DNA of 64,000 bases from Pseudomonadota bacterium (GTDB lineage Bacteria; Pseudomonadota; Gammaproteobacteria; Acidithiobacillales; Acidithiobacillaceae). Location: contig JAKACQ010000011.1 of assembly GCA_021821285.1 (NCBI GenBank), positions 9,333 through 73,332 of the forward strand. Reading direction: 5' to 3'. How positions within the stretch are numbered: the first letter of the stretch is position 1; every line of letters starts with the position of its first letter. Of the stretch, positions 39,076 to 49,300 are shown in pieces. The position numbers were made by a program, and so were the translations under genes. The notes under the pieces were generated by a model. The model saw only the letters and a list, made by a program, of their open reading frames with translations, made no database searches and had not been told where the DNA came from.

Positions 39076-39772
39076 GGGCGTCCTTCCCTGGTGCACGGCG
39101 GCTCGGCTTGTTGTAGCGCGGTGGGATGAAGATGTTGAGCGACAACGCCTCCTCTGTGTTGTCGTTCCACCCACCGTGCGGCACACCGCCCGGCGCGTAG
39201 TACACGCTCCCGCGCGCGAACTCGGTCTTGCTGTCGCCGACCTGTAGCGTGTAGTGCCCCGAGACACCGATGCCGATCTGCTCGTTCGAGTGGCTGTGGA
39301 CCGGCATAAGCGCTCCGGGTGGGAGCTTCGAGACCATCACCTCGAACCAGGGGGCGACGAAGAACCGAAGCATGATGCCCGACTTGATTGTGCGCGGTGG
39401 CGTCAACTCCATGATCTGCAGGCCGCGGGTCGGCTCATGGTCCGGAAACTTTAGGCGTTTGATATCGACGGTGAGCGCTTCTACGTCGCTGTCGTTGACA
39501 GCGCTGTGCGGCACGTCGGGAGGAAGATAGTAGGCCTTCTCCAGGCTCGGAAGGCGGATCGAACGGCCGTCAGCCTCGAGGGAAAAGGAGCCATTCAAGG
39601 CGAGCCCGAACTGCGCCTTAGCGTGCGCGTGCACGGGAATGGCCGCCCCAGGACGAAGGCGCGAGACCATGATGAAGGTGCGGCCTTCGTCCCCGAGTTC
39701 GTAGCAGGCGGAGGACACGCCCTCGTAGGCCTTCACGTCGACCGGTTTCGGAAAGAATGCTGGGGTAGTCAT
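39056..39772 (-). CDS. bacB: bicupin, BacB-like H2HPP isomerase
   Basis: two cupin domains (H.H...Q.G and H.H.NEQIGI), DIKRLK linker, FFV..W.E.M, S.NIF.PPRYN as recalled for B. subtilis BacB. Confidence 0.85.
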   Translation of the reverse strand: MTTPAFFPKPVDVKAYEGVSSACYELGDEGRTFIMVSRLRPGAAIPVHAHAKAQFGLALNGSFSLEADGRSIRLPSLEKAYYLPPDVPHSAVNDSDVEALTVDIKRLKFPDHEPTRGLQIMELTPPRTIKSGIMLRFFVAPWFEVMVSKLPPGALMPVHSHSNEQIGIGVSGHYTLQVGDSKTEFARGSVYYAPGGVPHGGWNDNTEEALSLNIFIPPRYNKPSRRAPGKDAHAGQIS

Positions 39773-40467
39773 GGGTGGCGGTTCTCCGGCGATGAGTCAG
39801 GAGGCAACGGGGCGCCCGGGACGGGAGCGAAGATGCTCCACAGCATCGTGATCGGGCGAAGCGGCGTGACCGGCCGAAGCCCATGATCTCGAATGGCATT
39901 GGCGTTGCTCAAACACAGGTCAGCCTGCCCGGCCACGACCTTGGCGGCCGCGTCGACCGTCGAGGCCGCGGTCACGAGATCAACGGATATGCTGTCTGGC
40001 AGTAGCTGCCGAACGAGACGGGCGGGTGCCGGGTGCGTCGACACTCGAAGAGAGCCTTTGTCCCGCGCGCACGTTGCGACGTCGCCATCGAACTTCGCCG
40101 CTATCCCGTAGGGCGGAGTGTCGAGCAGGAGCGACCCGAGTAGAACGAGTCTCAGGGACATGTAGAAGTCGCTGATACCGGTGTACGCGTTTGGAACGAG
40201 CACGGCCGAACCCATGTCTTCCTCGGCCATCGCGAGCGCTTCCTCGAAGGAGGCATGCAGCACCACCTGTCGGCAGCTCAGCGGGCCGTTGCGCGTGATC
40301 GAGCGCGCGCAATAGTCGCTGCTCGTTCCTTCCGGTCCCAGCGTGCGCAACACGAGACGGCTTGTGTCCACGATGTGATGCAGGTAGATGCGGGCATCCA
40401 ATCCAACGCCACGCTGAATCGGCAATACCGGATATGGTTTAGGCACGTCGGGGTGAAATGAGGACAT
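39769..40467 (-). CDS. bacA: non-aromatizing prephenate decarboxylase, BacA-like
   Basis: TLGPEGTSS, LH.SFE, VP.AY.GI..FYM, DTP.YG.A, HP.P, ST..AA.KV..G..D..L.N, I.M.WS.F; no ACT domain. Confidence 0.87.
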   Translation of the reverse strand: MSSFHPDVPKPYPVLPIQRGVGLDARIYLHHIVDTSRLVLRTLGPEGTSSDYCARSITRNGPLSCRQVVLHASFEEALAMAEEDMGSAVLVPNAYTGISDFYMSLRLVLLGSLLLDTPPYGIAAKFDGDVATCARDKGSLRVSTHPAPARLVRQLLPDSISVDLVTAASTVDAAAKVVAGQADLCLSNANAIRDHGLRPVTPLRPITMLWSIFAPVPGAPLPPDSSPENRHP

Positions 40468-40705
40468 CGTTCGGCTCCTCGTTCGTTCGTTGCCAAGCGT
40501 CGGCGGAGATACTTCGAAGTTCAGGCCGACGTGGCTTCCAAATACTCAACGGGCACGACGCGTTTCGCCAACGTGAGGCGGACGCATCGCGATCGTTGAC
40601 CAAGTCCATATCCTGCCAAACCCTTCTCGCGCGCGCAAAAAGTTTTGATTTAGCCATGAGGTCGGTGTATAAGCATTTCTTTCGCCAACGTGGAAGCGCG
40701 CCTAC

Positions 40706-41683
40706 ATGGGACAGCGAATCTCGAAGACTAAACTGACACTCGCGCAGTTGCGGTCGTTCGTCGCTGTGGTCGACACCGGGAGCATGTCCGAGGCGGGTGC
40801 CACCTTGGATGTTTCTCAGGCCGCAGTGAGCCAAGCCGTCACCAACTTAGAACGAGCCGTCGGCCGACGGCTCGTTTATCGCGAGCAGGGAGAGATTAAG
40901 AGAACCGCGGCTGGGGATCAGTTGCTCGCGCGCGCAAGAGAAATCATCGCTTGGGTCGAGGATATCGAACTGGAGCTCGGCAACGTCGAATTGGTCGCGG
41001 GCCTCGTAAGGGTCGCCTCCTTTCGCAGCGCAGCCGCGCACATTCTTTCTCCTGCAGCTGCGGCCATTCGCAAGCAGCACCCCCGCATCCAACTGGTGAT
41101 CGACGATCTGGGCGGCGACTACCAGCGCATCCAGGACGAGGTTCGGGCGGGCAGAGCGCACCTCGGCGTCCTTGCATGCGGGGACTCGACCGATCTTGTT
41201 GTGGCAGCCCTGGGATCCGATGAATACGTGCTCGTGGTGCCGAAGGACGGCCAACCGGCGCGCGGGTCCGGCTGGCCGATCATCGATGGCTATCTCAATC
41301 GCTACGAATTCCTCATGCCTGACCAGGGCAGCGAGCATCGGCGATGCAGTGTCGCGATTCACGAGTACCTCAAAAGGGTCGACCGAAAGGTGCAGCTCGG
41401 GCGATCAGCAAGGGATGAGTCCGTGATCCTGGCGATGGTCAACAGCAATCTAGGGCTGTCAATGCTACCCCGTCTCGCGATTGAGCCCCTGCCGAAGCGC
41501 GTTGAAGCGGTTCGGCTGCCGGAACCGCTCACGCGTCGAATCTGTCTGGTCGCACATGAACGCGCGATGCAGGATCCCGCTGTCATGGTCGTGTTCGAAT
41601 TCCTGCAGGACGCCGAAAGCCTACGCAAGCTGCCCGCAGTGCAAAGCGGCATACTTGCGCTGCGCCCATCATCCTATGTGTAG
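40706..41683 (+). CDS. LysR-family transcriptional regulator
   Basis: QLRSFVAVVDTGSMSEAG..L.VSQ.AVSQ.V..LE HTH; divergent from the bacA-like operon. Confidence 0.93.
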   Translation: MGQRISKTKLTLAQLRSFVAVVDTGSMSEAGATLDVSQAAVSQAVTNLERAVGRRLVYREQGEIKRTAAGDQLLARAREIIAWVEDIELELGNVELVAGLVRVASFRSAAAHILSPAAAAIRKQHPRIQLVIDDLGGDYQRIQDEVRAGRAHLGVLACGDSTDLVVAALGSDEYVLVVPKDGQPARGSGWPIIDGYLNRYEFLMPDQGSEHRRCSVAIHEYLKRVDRKVQLGRSARDESVILAMVNSNLGLSMLPRLAIEPLPKRVEAVRLPEPLTRRICLVAHERAMQDPAVMVVFEFLQDAESLRKLPAVQSGILALRPSSYV

Positions 41684-41836
41684 TGTTGCATTCTTGATGC
41701 CGTTTTAATGGTTGGCATGGTAAAATAGGCTTCATTCTGAAGAATCCGATGGAGTCGAACATTGCGAGTGGCACCCAAAGTGACTTTAACCAGCGAAGAG
41801 CGGTCTGAACTGGCAAGGATAGTAGCTTCCCGATTA
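41681..41836 (+). mobile_element. IS630-family remnant (left end plus first ~25 transposase codons)
   Basis: starts TA-GTGTTGC; GGAG RBS then (M)RVAPKVTLTSEERSELARIVASRL, a typical IS630 N-terminus; truncated. Confidence 0.6.
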
Positions 41837-41864
41837 ATTCGCGGTTCTCTCGGTGTTGGAGTCC

Positions 41865-42192
41865 GGGGCATCCGCTTGGACAAGCCGGTGTGGGCATGTC
41901 ACATCAGAAACATCGCAATTCCCCATAATGCAACACCGCCCGCGGCGCTCAGCATCCCGATGCCAAAAAGCCATGTGCGCCGGGTCAGGGCGGTGATGGA
42001 TGCCAGCGAAATGGCGATCTGCAGGAAAATCATGGCGATTTCCATGTCGTTGTGGGGACGGTTGAGGCGGGCGGATTCCGCGTTGGCCTGCTCCGATTTC
42101 TTTTCCAGCGCTTCCGCCGCTCGCTGGATGCTGCCTTTCTGGGCCTTGTACTTGACGATCTTGCTTTCGAAATGGCCGGCCTTGGCTGGGGC
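41865..42192. repeat. 328-bp direct repeat, right copy
   Basis: matches 34272-34599; forms 3' half and downstream bases of the intact gene. Confidence 0.95.
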
Positions 42193-42486
42193 GAGGGTGA
42201 CGGCGAGTTCCATGAGGTGCAGCTTGGTGCTGACGGCCTGATAATAGTTCCACTGGTCGGTGGCGTTGGCTTTTTTCAGTACGGCCTCGTTTTTATAGAG
42301 CAGAACCTCGTTCATGAGGTACGTGCCCTGATAGCTGACAATGGCGCCGAAGGCCGCCAATATCGCGGTGAAAATGGCTACCCACTGGCCGAGGCTGTGC
42401 TTGTTTTCCGTGCGGTTACCTGATTCGGTCGCGTGGTGTGCCGCTTCTTCGTGGGGGGGGTGGGTATGCAGTCCATGTCCGCTCAT
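41899..42486 (-). CDS. DUF4337-like membrane protein
   Basis: His-rich N-terminus, VAIFTAILA, K..A.DQWNYYQA.S.K, LQIAISLASI..LT. Confidence 0.8.
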   Translation of the reverse strand: MSGHGLHTHPPHEEAAHHATESGNRTENKHSLGQWVAIFTAILAAFGAIVSYQGTYLMNEVLLYKNEAVLKKANATDQWNYYQAVSTKLHLMELAVTLAPAKAGHFESKIVKYKAQKGSIQRAAEALEKKSEQANAESARLNRPHNDMEIAMIFLQIAISLASITALTRRTWLFGIGMLSAAGGVALWGIAMFLM

Positions 42487-42583
42487 CGTGACTCCTGTTT
42501 GGTCCGGGGGAAGATTTGCGGCTATGCTCAGGACAATGCCCGCTCAGGTCAAGAGCCAGGGGCGCTTCTGGAGTGCATATCGC

Positions 42584-43171
42584 ATGATTTTGTCCATTCC
42601 TCCTCCCGAACGGGAGGACCCCGCCGCCGACGCGCCGGAGACCGCGGTGTTGGCGGGGGGCTGTTTCTGGTGCGTGGAGGCGGTATATCTGGCGCTCGCC
42701 GGGGTGACGCGGGTGGTCTCCGGCTATAGCGGCGGGGCGGCGGAGACGGCGAATTATCGAGCGGTCTGCGGTGGCGGCACAGGACACGCCGAGGCGGTGG
42801 AGGTGCGTTATGATTCCACGGTGCTGTCCTTCGGACGCTTGTTGCAAGTGTTTTTCGCGGTGGCTCACGATCCGACCCAGCACCACCGGCAGGGTAACGA
42901 TGTAGGGACGCAATATCGTTCCGCCCTCTTCACCCTGAATGACGCGCAGGCGGCCGTGGCACGGGATTATGTGGCGCAGCTTCAGCAGGCGGGTGTGTTT
43001 GGTGCCCCTATTGTCACCGAAATCACGCCATTGACGCGGTTTTACCCGGCCGAGGCTTATCATCAGGATTATGCCCGTCGACATCCTGAGCAGCCTTATA
43101 TCGATGCGATAGCGCAACCGAAGGTGGAGAAACTGCGGGCATGCTTTCCGCAATGGTTGCGACAGATTTGA
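42584..43171 (+). CDS. msrA: peptide-methionine (S)-S-oxide reductase
   Basis: GGCFWC, GYSGG, TGHAE, HDPT, GND.GTQYRS, AE.YHQDY. Confidence 0.95.
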   Translation: MILSIPPPEREDPAADAPETAVLAGGCFWCVEAVYLALAGVTRVVSGYSGGAAETANYRAVCGGGTGHAEAVEVRYDSTVLSFGRLLQVFFAVAHDPTQHHRQGNDVGTQYRSALFTLNDAQAAVARDYVAQLQQAGVFGAPIVTEITPLTRFYPAEAYHQDYARRHPEQPYIDAIAQPKVEKLRACFPQWLRQI

Positions 43172-43179
43172 AGGAGGAT

Positions 43180-43626
43180 ATGGCGATGGTCCGCTCATCC
43201 GCTGGCTTTGACTTGACCCCGATGGATGCGGAGAGACGTGCCCAAGTGGCGCAGGATTTGCCCGCCGAGGTGCGTCATGTGCTTTTTGAGCAGGGTACAG
43301 AACCCCCTTTTTGTGGGGACTTGTTGCATGAGAAGAGGGAAGGGGTGTTCGCCTGTGCGCTGTGCGGGTTGCCGCTGTTTCGCTCCACGACGAAATTCGA
43401 GTCAGGAACAGGCTGGCCGAGTTTCTGGGAGCCCTTTGCGCCCGACCATATCCAGGAGGTCCGTGATGTCCGTCATGGCATGGTGCGCACAGAAATCCGC
43501 TGCGCGCGTTGCGACAGCCACCTGGGGCATGTGTTTCCCGATGGTCCGCCGCCAACGAGGCTACGCTATTGTTTGAATTCCGCGGCGTTGCGCTTCGAAA
43601 CGGGGAGCGCGGCGGATGGTGAGTAA
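43180..43626 (+). CDS. msrB: peptide-methionine (R)-S-oxide reductase
   Basis: GTE.PF, CxxC pairs, GWPSF, HLGHVF.DGP, RYCLNS. Confidence 0.95.
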   Translation: MAMVRSSAGFDLTPMDAERRAQVAQDLPAEVRHVLFEQGTEPPFCGDLLHEKREGVFACALCGLPLFRSTTKFESGTGWPSFWEPFAPDHIQEVRDVRHGMVRTEIRCARCDSHLGHVFPDGPPPTRLRYCLNSAALRFETGSAADGE

Positions 43627-44302
43627 GGAGGCGTTGCTGCCCCGGCTCCGGCAGACCCCGTTGTTTTCGGCGTGGCCGGAAAAGGTGATGCTGCCGCTGC
43701 TGGCGCAGTCCCGGCCCCTGGTTCTGGCGGCGGGGGAGATTCTCTTTGCCGAAGGCGGGCAGGCGCAATCCTTTTATTTCCTGGCGACGGGGCGGGTGGA
43801 CTTGATCGCGGCGGCGGCCACGGGGCAGGAGAAGATCGTCGAAATCATTCAGCCCGATGATCTCTTTGCAGAGGCCGTGGCCTTCCTGGGCGGTCGTTAC
43901 CCGGTGACGGCGCAGGCGGAAGGCGTGGCCACGGTGCTGGAGATTCCGCTAGACCTCTTCGTGGAAAGCCTGGAACAGCATCCTCTACTGATGCGGCAGA
44001 TGCTGGCGCGACTGAGCATGCGTCTGCACTTTCTGGTCAAGGAGCTGCGGCATCTGAGTGTGGAGTCGGCGGAGCAGCGGCTGGTGGGCTATCTGCTGGA
44101 TCTGTGTCCGGTGCTGAATGACCCTGCGCGGATCGAGCTTCCCGGTAAAAAAGCGGCGGTGGCGGCACGATTGGGTCTGACCCCGGAAACCCTGTCACGC
44201 GTGCTGGCGCGACTGCGCAAGGCAGAATTGCTGACGGTGGACCGCCGTCTGATTTCCATTCCCAATCCCCTTGCCCTGCGGCGCTGGGTCGAGGGAGGCT
44301 GA
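43616..44302 (+). CDS. Crp/Fnr-family regulator (no FNR Cys cluster)
   Basis: cNMP-binding domain (GQEKIVE, FAEA), [13 protein letters not shown]. Confidence 0.9.
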   Translation: MVSKEALLPRLRQTPLFSAWPEKVMLPLLAQSRPLVLAAGEILFAEGGQAQSFYFLATGRVDLIAAAATGQEKIVEIIQPDDLFAEAVAFLGGRYPVTAQAEGVATVLEIPLDLFVESLEQHPLLMRQMLARLSMRLHFLVKELRHLSVESAEQRLVGYLLDLCPVLNDPARIELPGKKAAVAARLGLTPETLSRVLARLRKAELLTVDRRLISIPNPLALRRWVEGG

Positions 44303-44345
44303 GGCGGCCATCGGGAGAGGGTGACGCCGGTGGCGGATGGGCCAT

Positions 44346-46304
44346 TCAGCGCCGGGGATCGTACAAGGCCGCATGCAACCCGCTCATGCGCCGGGTCGGG
44401 CGGCGGATGGCCTCTTCCAGCCGTTCGCGGGGGGCGATGAGGGTGAAATGGCTGCGGGCGCGGGTGATGGCGGTGTACAGCAGCTCGCGACTGAGCACCG
44501 GACTGTCTTCTGGCGGGAGGATGAGAACGGTATGGGCGAACTCGGAACCTTGCGCTTTGTGGACGGTCATCGCCCAGGCGCTTTCGGTGTGATTGAGGCG
44601 GCTGGGGAGAATGGCGCGAGGCAGGCCGTTGCTGCTGGGGAAATAGACGCGCAGGCGTTTGCCGGGGTCGGGCAGGGTGATGCCGATATCGCCATTGCTG
44701 AGACCGAGGTCGGGGTCGTTGCGGGTAACGAGCGTGGGGCGCCCGGCATACCAAAGACCGGGACCCCGCGGAATGCCCTGATGTTGCAGATATGCTTCCA
44801 TGGCCCGGTTGATGCCGGTGACGCCCCAGGGACCTTGGCGCAGGGCGCAAAGGATGCGAAAACCGGCGTAGTCTTTGAGCACTGCGTTGACCCACGCGGT
44901 ATGTTGCCGCGCGTCTTGCGGCGGCTGACCGGCAGCTTGCCAGACACGGCCATAGGCCGTTTCCATGCCCGCGAGTGCCAGTATCTGGTGCATGTCGGGG
45001 ACGGATTGCCAAGCGAGAGCGCCAGCCGGACCGCTGTGCAAAATGTGGAAGACGGCTTCGGGACGACCGCCGCGGACGGCATCGGCCAAACCGCCGATTT
45101 CGGCGTTGAAGCGGTGGCTGCGTTGCAGGCGGATGATGCCCGGCGCGAGGGGGTTGGTGCTGTCTTCGTGCCGTGGTGCGGCACCGCAACTGTCCTGCAG
45201 GTAGGCGCAGGTGTCCGCGTCATACCGTCCGCTTCCCTCACAGAGTTCGGCGAGGACGGCGCCGGCTTCGACGGAGGCGAGCTGATCCTGATCGCCGAGG
45301 AGGATGAGACGGGCGGAAGCAGGCAGGGCGCGGAGCAGGGCGGCCATCATCTCCTGATGGATCATGGAGGCTTCGTCCACCACCAATACATCGAGTTCGA
45401 GGGGATGGGCGGCGTCATGGCGAAAGCGGCGGCGGTCGTCGGGGTGGACGCCGAGCAGGTGGTGCAGGGTGCGCGCCGGGCGCAGGCGGGCGAAGGTTTC
45501 GGCCAGGTCCATGCCGAGTGCCTGATTCCATTGCGGAAGGGAGTCGACAGCGCTGTGCAGGGATTCGTCGATGCGCACGGCGGCCTTGCCGGTGGGCGCG
45601 GCGAGGACGATGCGTAAGGGGGAGGTGCGGCTGGCCGCCATGAGCAGGGCGATGAGGCGGGCGACGGTGTAGGTTTTGCCGGTGCCGGGGCCACCGGTGA
45701 TGATGCCGAAATGGTTGCGCACGGCCAGGGCGCAAGCGATTTTTTGCCAGGGGAGAGTCTCGCTGGATTTTTCGGGCCCCGGGAAGAGTCGCTCCAGCCA
45801 GCAGCGCAACGTCTCGGCGTCGATGACATCGGCGACGCGCTGCCGGACCCGCTGGCGCAGGGTCTCGGCGATGAACTGCTGGTCGCGCCAGTAGCGGCGC
45901 AGATAGAGACACCGCGCGCTGAGCACCAAGGGTGTTTCTTCTGCGCCCGCCGGATGGGGAACGGTGCCCTTCGTGATCTGCACGCACCGGCTTTGGGCGA
46001 GGGTCTCCGTCCACTGATCGGAGCGGGACCACGGATCGAGTGCGGTCGCCAGTAGGGCCCGCTCCGGCGCGGGCCAGTCCAGGAATCCTTCCGGCGCGGC
46101 GAGGAAGGTTTCCAAGGTGATGCAGGTGTGGCCCCTCCCCTCCAAGTGTGCGAGAAGGGCGCCCGCCAGCGGCAGGAGGGCGGGGGCCTGCGGATCCAGG
46201 CGGACGAGGAACTGGGCGAAGGCGAAGTCGAGGGGCCGCAGCCAGCCTTCCTCAGTCCAGGTGCGGAGTTGGTCCATCATGGCTGAGGTCATGGGCTCGC
46301 TCAT
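44346..46304 (-). CDS. recD: exodeoxyribonuclease V alpha subunit
   Basis: GGPGTGKT, APTGKAA, DEASM, GD.DQLASV, TVHKAQGSE, YTAITRA. Confidence 0.96.
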   Translation of the reverse strand: MSEPMTSAMMDQLRTWTEEGWLRPLDFAFAQFLVRLDPQAPALLPLAGALLAHLEGRGHTCITLETFLAAPEGFLDWPAPERALLATALDPWSRSDQWTETLAQSRCVQITKGTVPHPAGAEETPLVLSARCLYLRRYWRDQQFIAETLRQRVRQRVADVIDAETLRCWLERLFPGPEKSSETLPWQKIACALAVRNHFGIITGGPGTGKTYTVARLIALLMAASRTSPLRIVLAAPTGKAAVRIDESLHSAVDSLPQWNQALGMDLAETFARLRPARTLHHLLGVHPDDRRRFRHDAAHPLELDVLVVDEASMIHQEMMAALLRALPASARLILLGDQDQLASVEAGAVLAELCEGSGRYDADTCAYLQDSCGAAPRHEDSTNPLAPGIIRLQRSHRFNAEIGGLADAVRGGRPEAVFHILHSGPAGALAWQSVPDMHQILALAGMETAYGRVWQAAGQPPQDARQHTAWVNAVLKDYAGFRILCALRQGPWGVTGINRAMEAYLQHQGIPRGPGLWYAGRPTLVTRNDPDLGLSNGDIGITLPDPGKRLRVYFPSSNGLPRAILPSRLNHTESAWAMTVHKAQGSEFAHTVLILPPEDSPVLSRELLYTAITRARSHFTLIAPRERLEEAIRRPTRRMSGLHAALYDPRR

Positions 46305-49300
46305 GGCTGGGTTGCACGCTGCGGCAAGCCGAAGAGGCCGTCGAGGGCGTCGAGCAGCGCGAGGTCGGCGGGAAGATGGAGCATGCCCCGTTCCGGTCCT
46401 CGCAATCCGCGCAGGAAGTAGAAGAGGGTACCACCGAGATGCGTTCCGGGCCGGTAGCCGCTGCCCATGCGCTGGCGCAGCAAGCGGTGCAGGGCCAGTT
46501 GATAGAGGCTGGATTGCAGTTCATAACGATGGCCGAGGGTGGCGTTGCGCAGGGCTTCGGCATGGTAATCGGCGTCGCCGCTACCGAGGGTGTTGGATTT
46601 GTAGTCAAGGATGTAATAACGCCCGTCCTGCTCGAAGACCAGGTCCATGGAGCCGCGCATCATGCCGTGGATGATCCGCTGAGGGAGCCTGGGGCGCCCG
46701 ATGCCGGGGAAAATATGCTGTTGACAGAGCCGGTCCAACGCCTCACTGCGCAGGGCATCGCTGGGAAACCAGAAGGCCATTTCGCTCCGGGGGTCGCGGA
46801 GATCGCAGAGCGTCGCTGCGAGGGGGGCGAGGGGGTTATGGAGGATGGCTTGCAGCCATTCGGCGGTTTCTTCGGTCCAATCGCTCAGGCCGGCCTGGGT
46901 ACAGGCCTTGTGCAGTGATTCGGCAAAGTGGTCCTGACCAGCTTGACCAAAACCGCTCAGGGCGAGCCGTTGCAGTTGCGCGTGGAGAAAAGTGCCGGCG
47001 TTCATACCCTGCGGATAGCGATGCCAGGGCGCGCCGGTCCGGGCGCGCCGGGGCGCCGCCGAATCGGCGGGAAGGTCGCGCACCAGGTGGGAGAAGCTGG
47101 CGACGCCCCAGTGCTTCTCGAAGCGCGCGGTATATTCCGCGGGCGGATTGCGGGTGCCATCGGGGTGACGCGCGACCCTCGTCGTGGGGAGGTGATCCGG
47201 TAGCGTCTCGACGGTAATCTCCGGGGAGCGTCGGGCGCAGTCGTCGAGCAGAGTGGCGAGATCACGGACGGGGGGGCATTGGCTGCCCAACAGGTGGGCG
47301 ATGGCGCTGCCGGTAAAGATCGGTGTTCCCGCCGTCTTTGGTGTGGCGAGACCCAGCCAGAGGGCGTGCTCGGCACGGGTGAGGGCGACGTAGAGGAGGC
47401 GGAGGTCTTCCTGCAATCGCGCCCTTTCTGCGGCCGCCGTGTCGCCGCTTTCCCAGTGGATGGCGGGCTGTCCTTCCGCATGCCGCGTGACGGTGAACGG
47501 GCTGGCCCTGGCCGGCTTGCAGGTGGCGATGAAGGGCAGGAACACCAGCGGATATTGCAGGCCTTTGGCGGCGTGGATGGTGACCACGCGCAGCAGTTCG
47601 GCATCGCTCTCCAGCCGCAGGATGTGGGCGTCGCTCTGATCACTCCCGGCGGCGATGGCCTCGCGCAGGTGGTGGATGAGGGCTTCGGGGCCGTCGAGGG
47701 TGGCGCTCGCCTGTTGCAGGAGTTCGCCGAGGTGGAGCAGGTTGGTGAGGCGGCGTTCGCCCTCGACCCGGGTCAGCAGCCGGGCGGCGATGCCGAACTG
47801 GTGGATGCTGTGGTGAAGCATGGCCAGCACGCCCTGCCGCCGCCATTGCCGGGACAGGTCCTGGAATTGTTCCAGTTGCGCTTCCCAGGCCGCTTCGTCC
47901 TGATTGAAGGCATCCAGGGCGCTGAGGGACTGCCCCAGCAGCGGCAGGGCGAGGGCGACGCGCAAGCGGCGGGTATCTTCGGGCTCGGCGACGGCTTCCA
48001 GCCAGAGGAGCAGGTCGCGGGCCTCCTCACTGGCGTAGACGGAATCCCGCTCCGAAAGGAAGACGCTGTGCAGTTGGCGGCGTTCGAGCGCCTGGCGGAT
48101 GCTGGCGGCCTCAAAGCGGTCACGAACGAGAATGGCGATGTTTCTGGGTTGGATCGGCCGGGGTTCCCGACCCGCTTCGGCGAAAACGGCGGTGGGATCG
48201 GTCAGCAGGGTGGCGATGCGTTCTGCCGCCTGCTCGGCGCAGCGCTCCAGGTAGTCTCCTTTGCTGAGCGGCTCGGCGCTGACCCAGAAGGTGAGGGCCG
48301 GGGCGGGTGATCCACCGGTCTGCCAGCATTTTTTCTGGCCATGGGCCTGCACGGGCTGATAGGGGAGCGGGTTGCCGGTGCCGGGCGCAGCATAGGCAAA
48401 AGCGCCTTGGGAGCTATTTTGTTCGACAGCGCTGTAGAGGGTGTTGAGGGTGCTGACCAGTGCGTGGCTGGAGCGATAATTGGTGCCGAGCGCATAATGG
48501 CGGCCCTCGGTCAGGCGACGCGCCTGCAGATAACTGTCGATGTCCGCGCCCCGAAAAGCATAGATGGACTGCTTGGGGTCACCGATGAGCAGAAGCAGGG
48601 TGTCGGGGTCGTTGTCGGCGGCATGATAGATATCGTCGAAGATCTGATATTGCAGGGCGGAGGTATCCTGAAACTCGTCGATGAGAGCGACGGGATATCT
48701 CTGCCGCAGGCGAGCGGCGAACGCCGGTCCCCGGGTGTCGTCGTGCAGGACCCCGGCGAGACGCCGCTGGTGGTCGGTAAAGCCCACCTGCCTCCTCTGG
48801 GCCTTGAGCTGGCTCAGCCGGGCGTTGATCCAGGCGGCGGCGTGGGTGCGAATTTCGCCGTGCAGTTGGGTGAATTGTTGAGCGATGGTCTCTAGCGCAC
48901 TGAACAGGGTATCCAGTACCTCGGCCGCGGGGTGAACGACGAGAGGCGGCTTGTTCTTGCAATAGCCCGGCAGTTTGCTGGCAGAAAGGCGCTGACATGT
49001 ATCCGGTTCGCCGGGGATCAGTATATCGGGATGGTCGGCCCAATCACGCAATGCGGCGAGGGTTCGGGTGACCATAGCTGCGCTTAGGCTATTACCATTC
49101 AATGGATTGTTCGCTTTGGGACCGTTGACGAGCCCTAACAACCACTCCGCAAACGCATCATGCTCCGCCGCCCATCGCGCCTTGAGGGCGGCGAGTCGCC
49201 GTCGGGGCGCGGCGAGGGCATCGGGCAGCCAGTCCGCCAGCGTGGATTCGGGGGTGGGCAGGGGCGGATCGAGTTTGCACAGGGCTTCTGTCTCCTGCCG

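Larger units (their letters stand above)
34600..41864. mobile_element. genomic islet carrying anticapsin-like biosynthetic cluster
   Basis: bounded by 328-bp direct repeats; codon style looks different from flanks; IS remnant at right end; no integrase. Confidence 0.8.

Noticed and set aside
39769-40467. Housekeeping prephenate dehydratase (pheA)
   Set aside because: No chorismate mutase or ACT domain and no TRF motif; motifs and neighbours match BacA
41762-42241. 159-aa plus-strand ORF
   Set aside because: Chimera of an IS630 N-terminal stub and the antisense strand of the DUF4337-like gene
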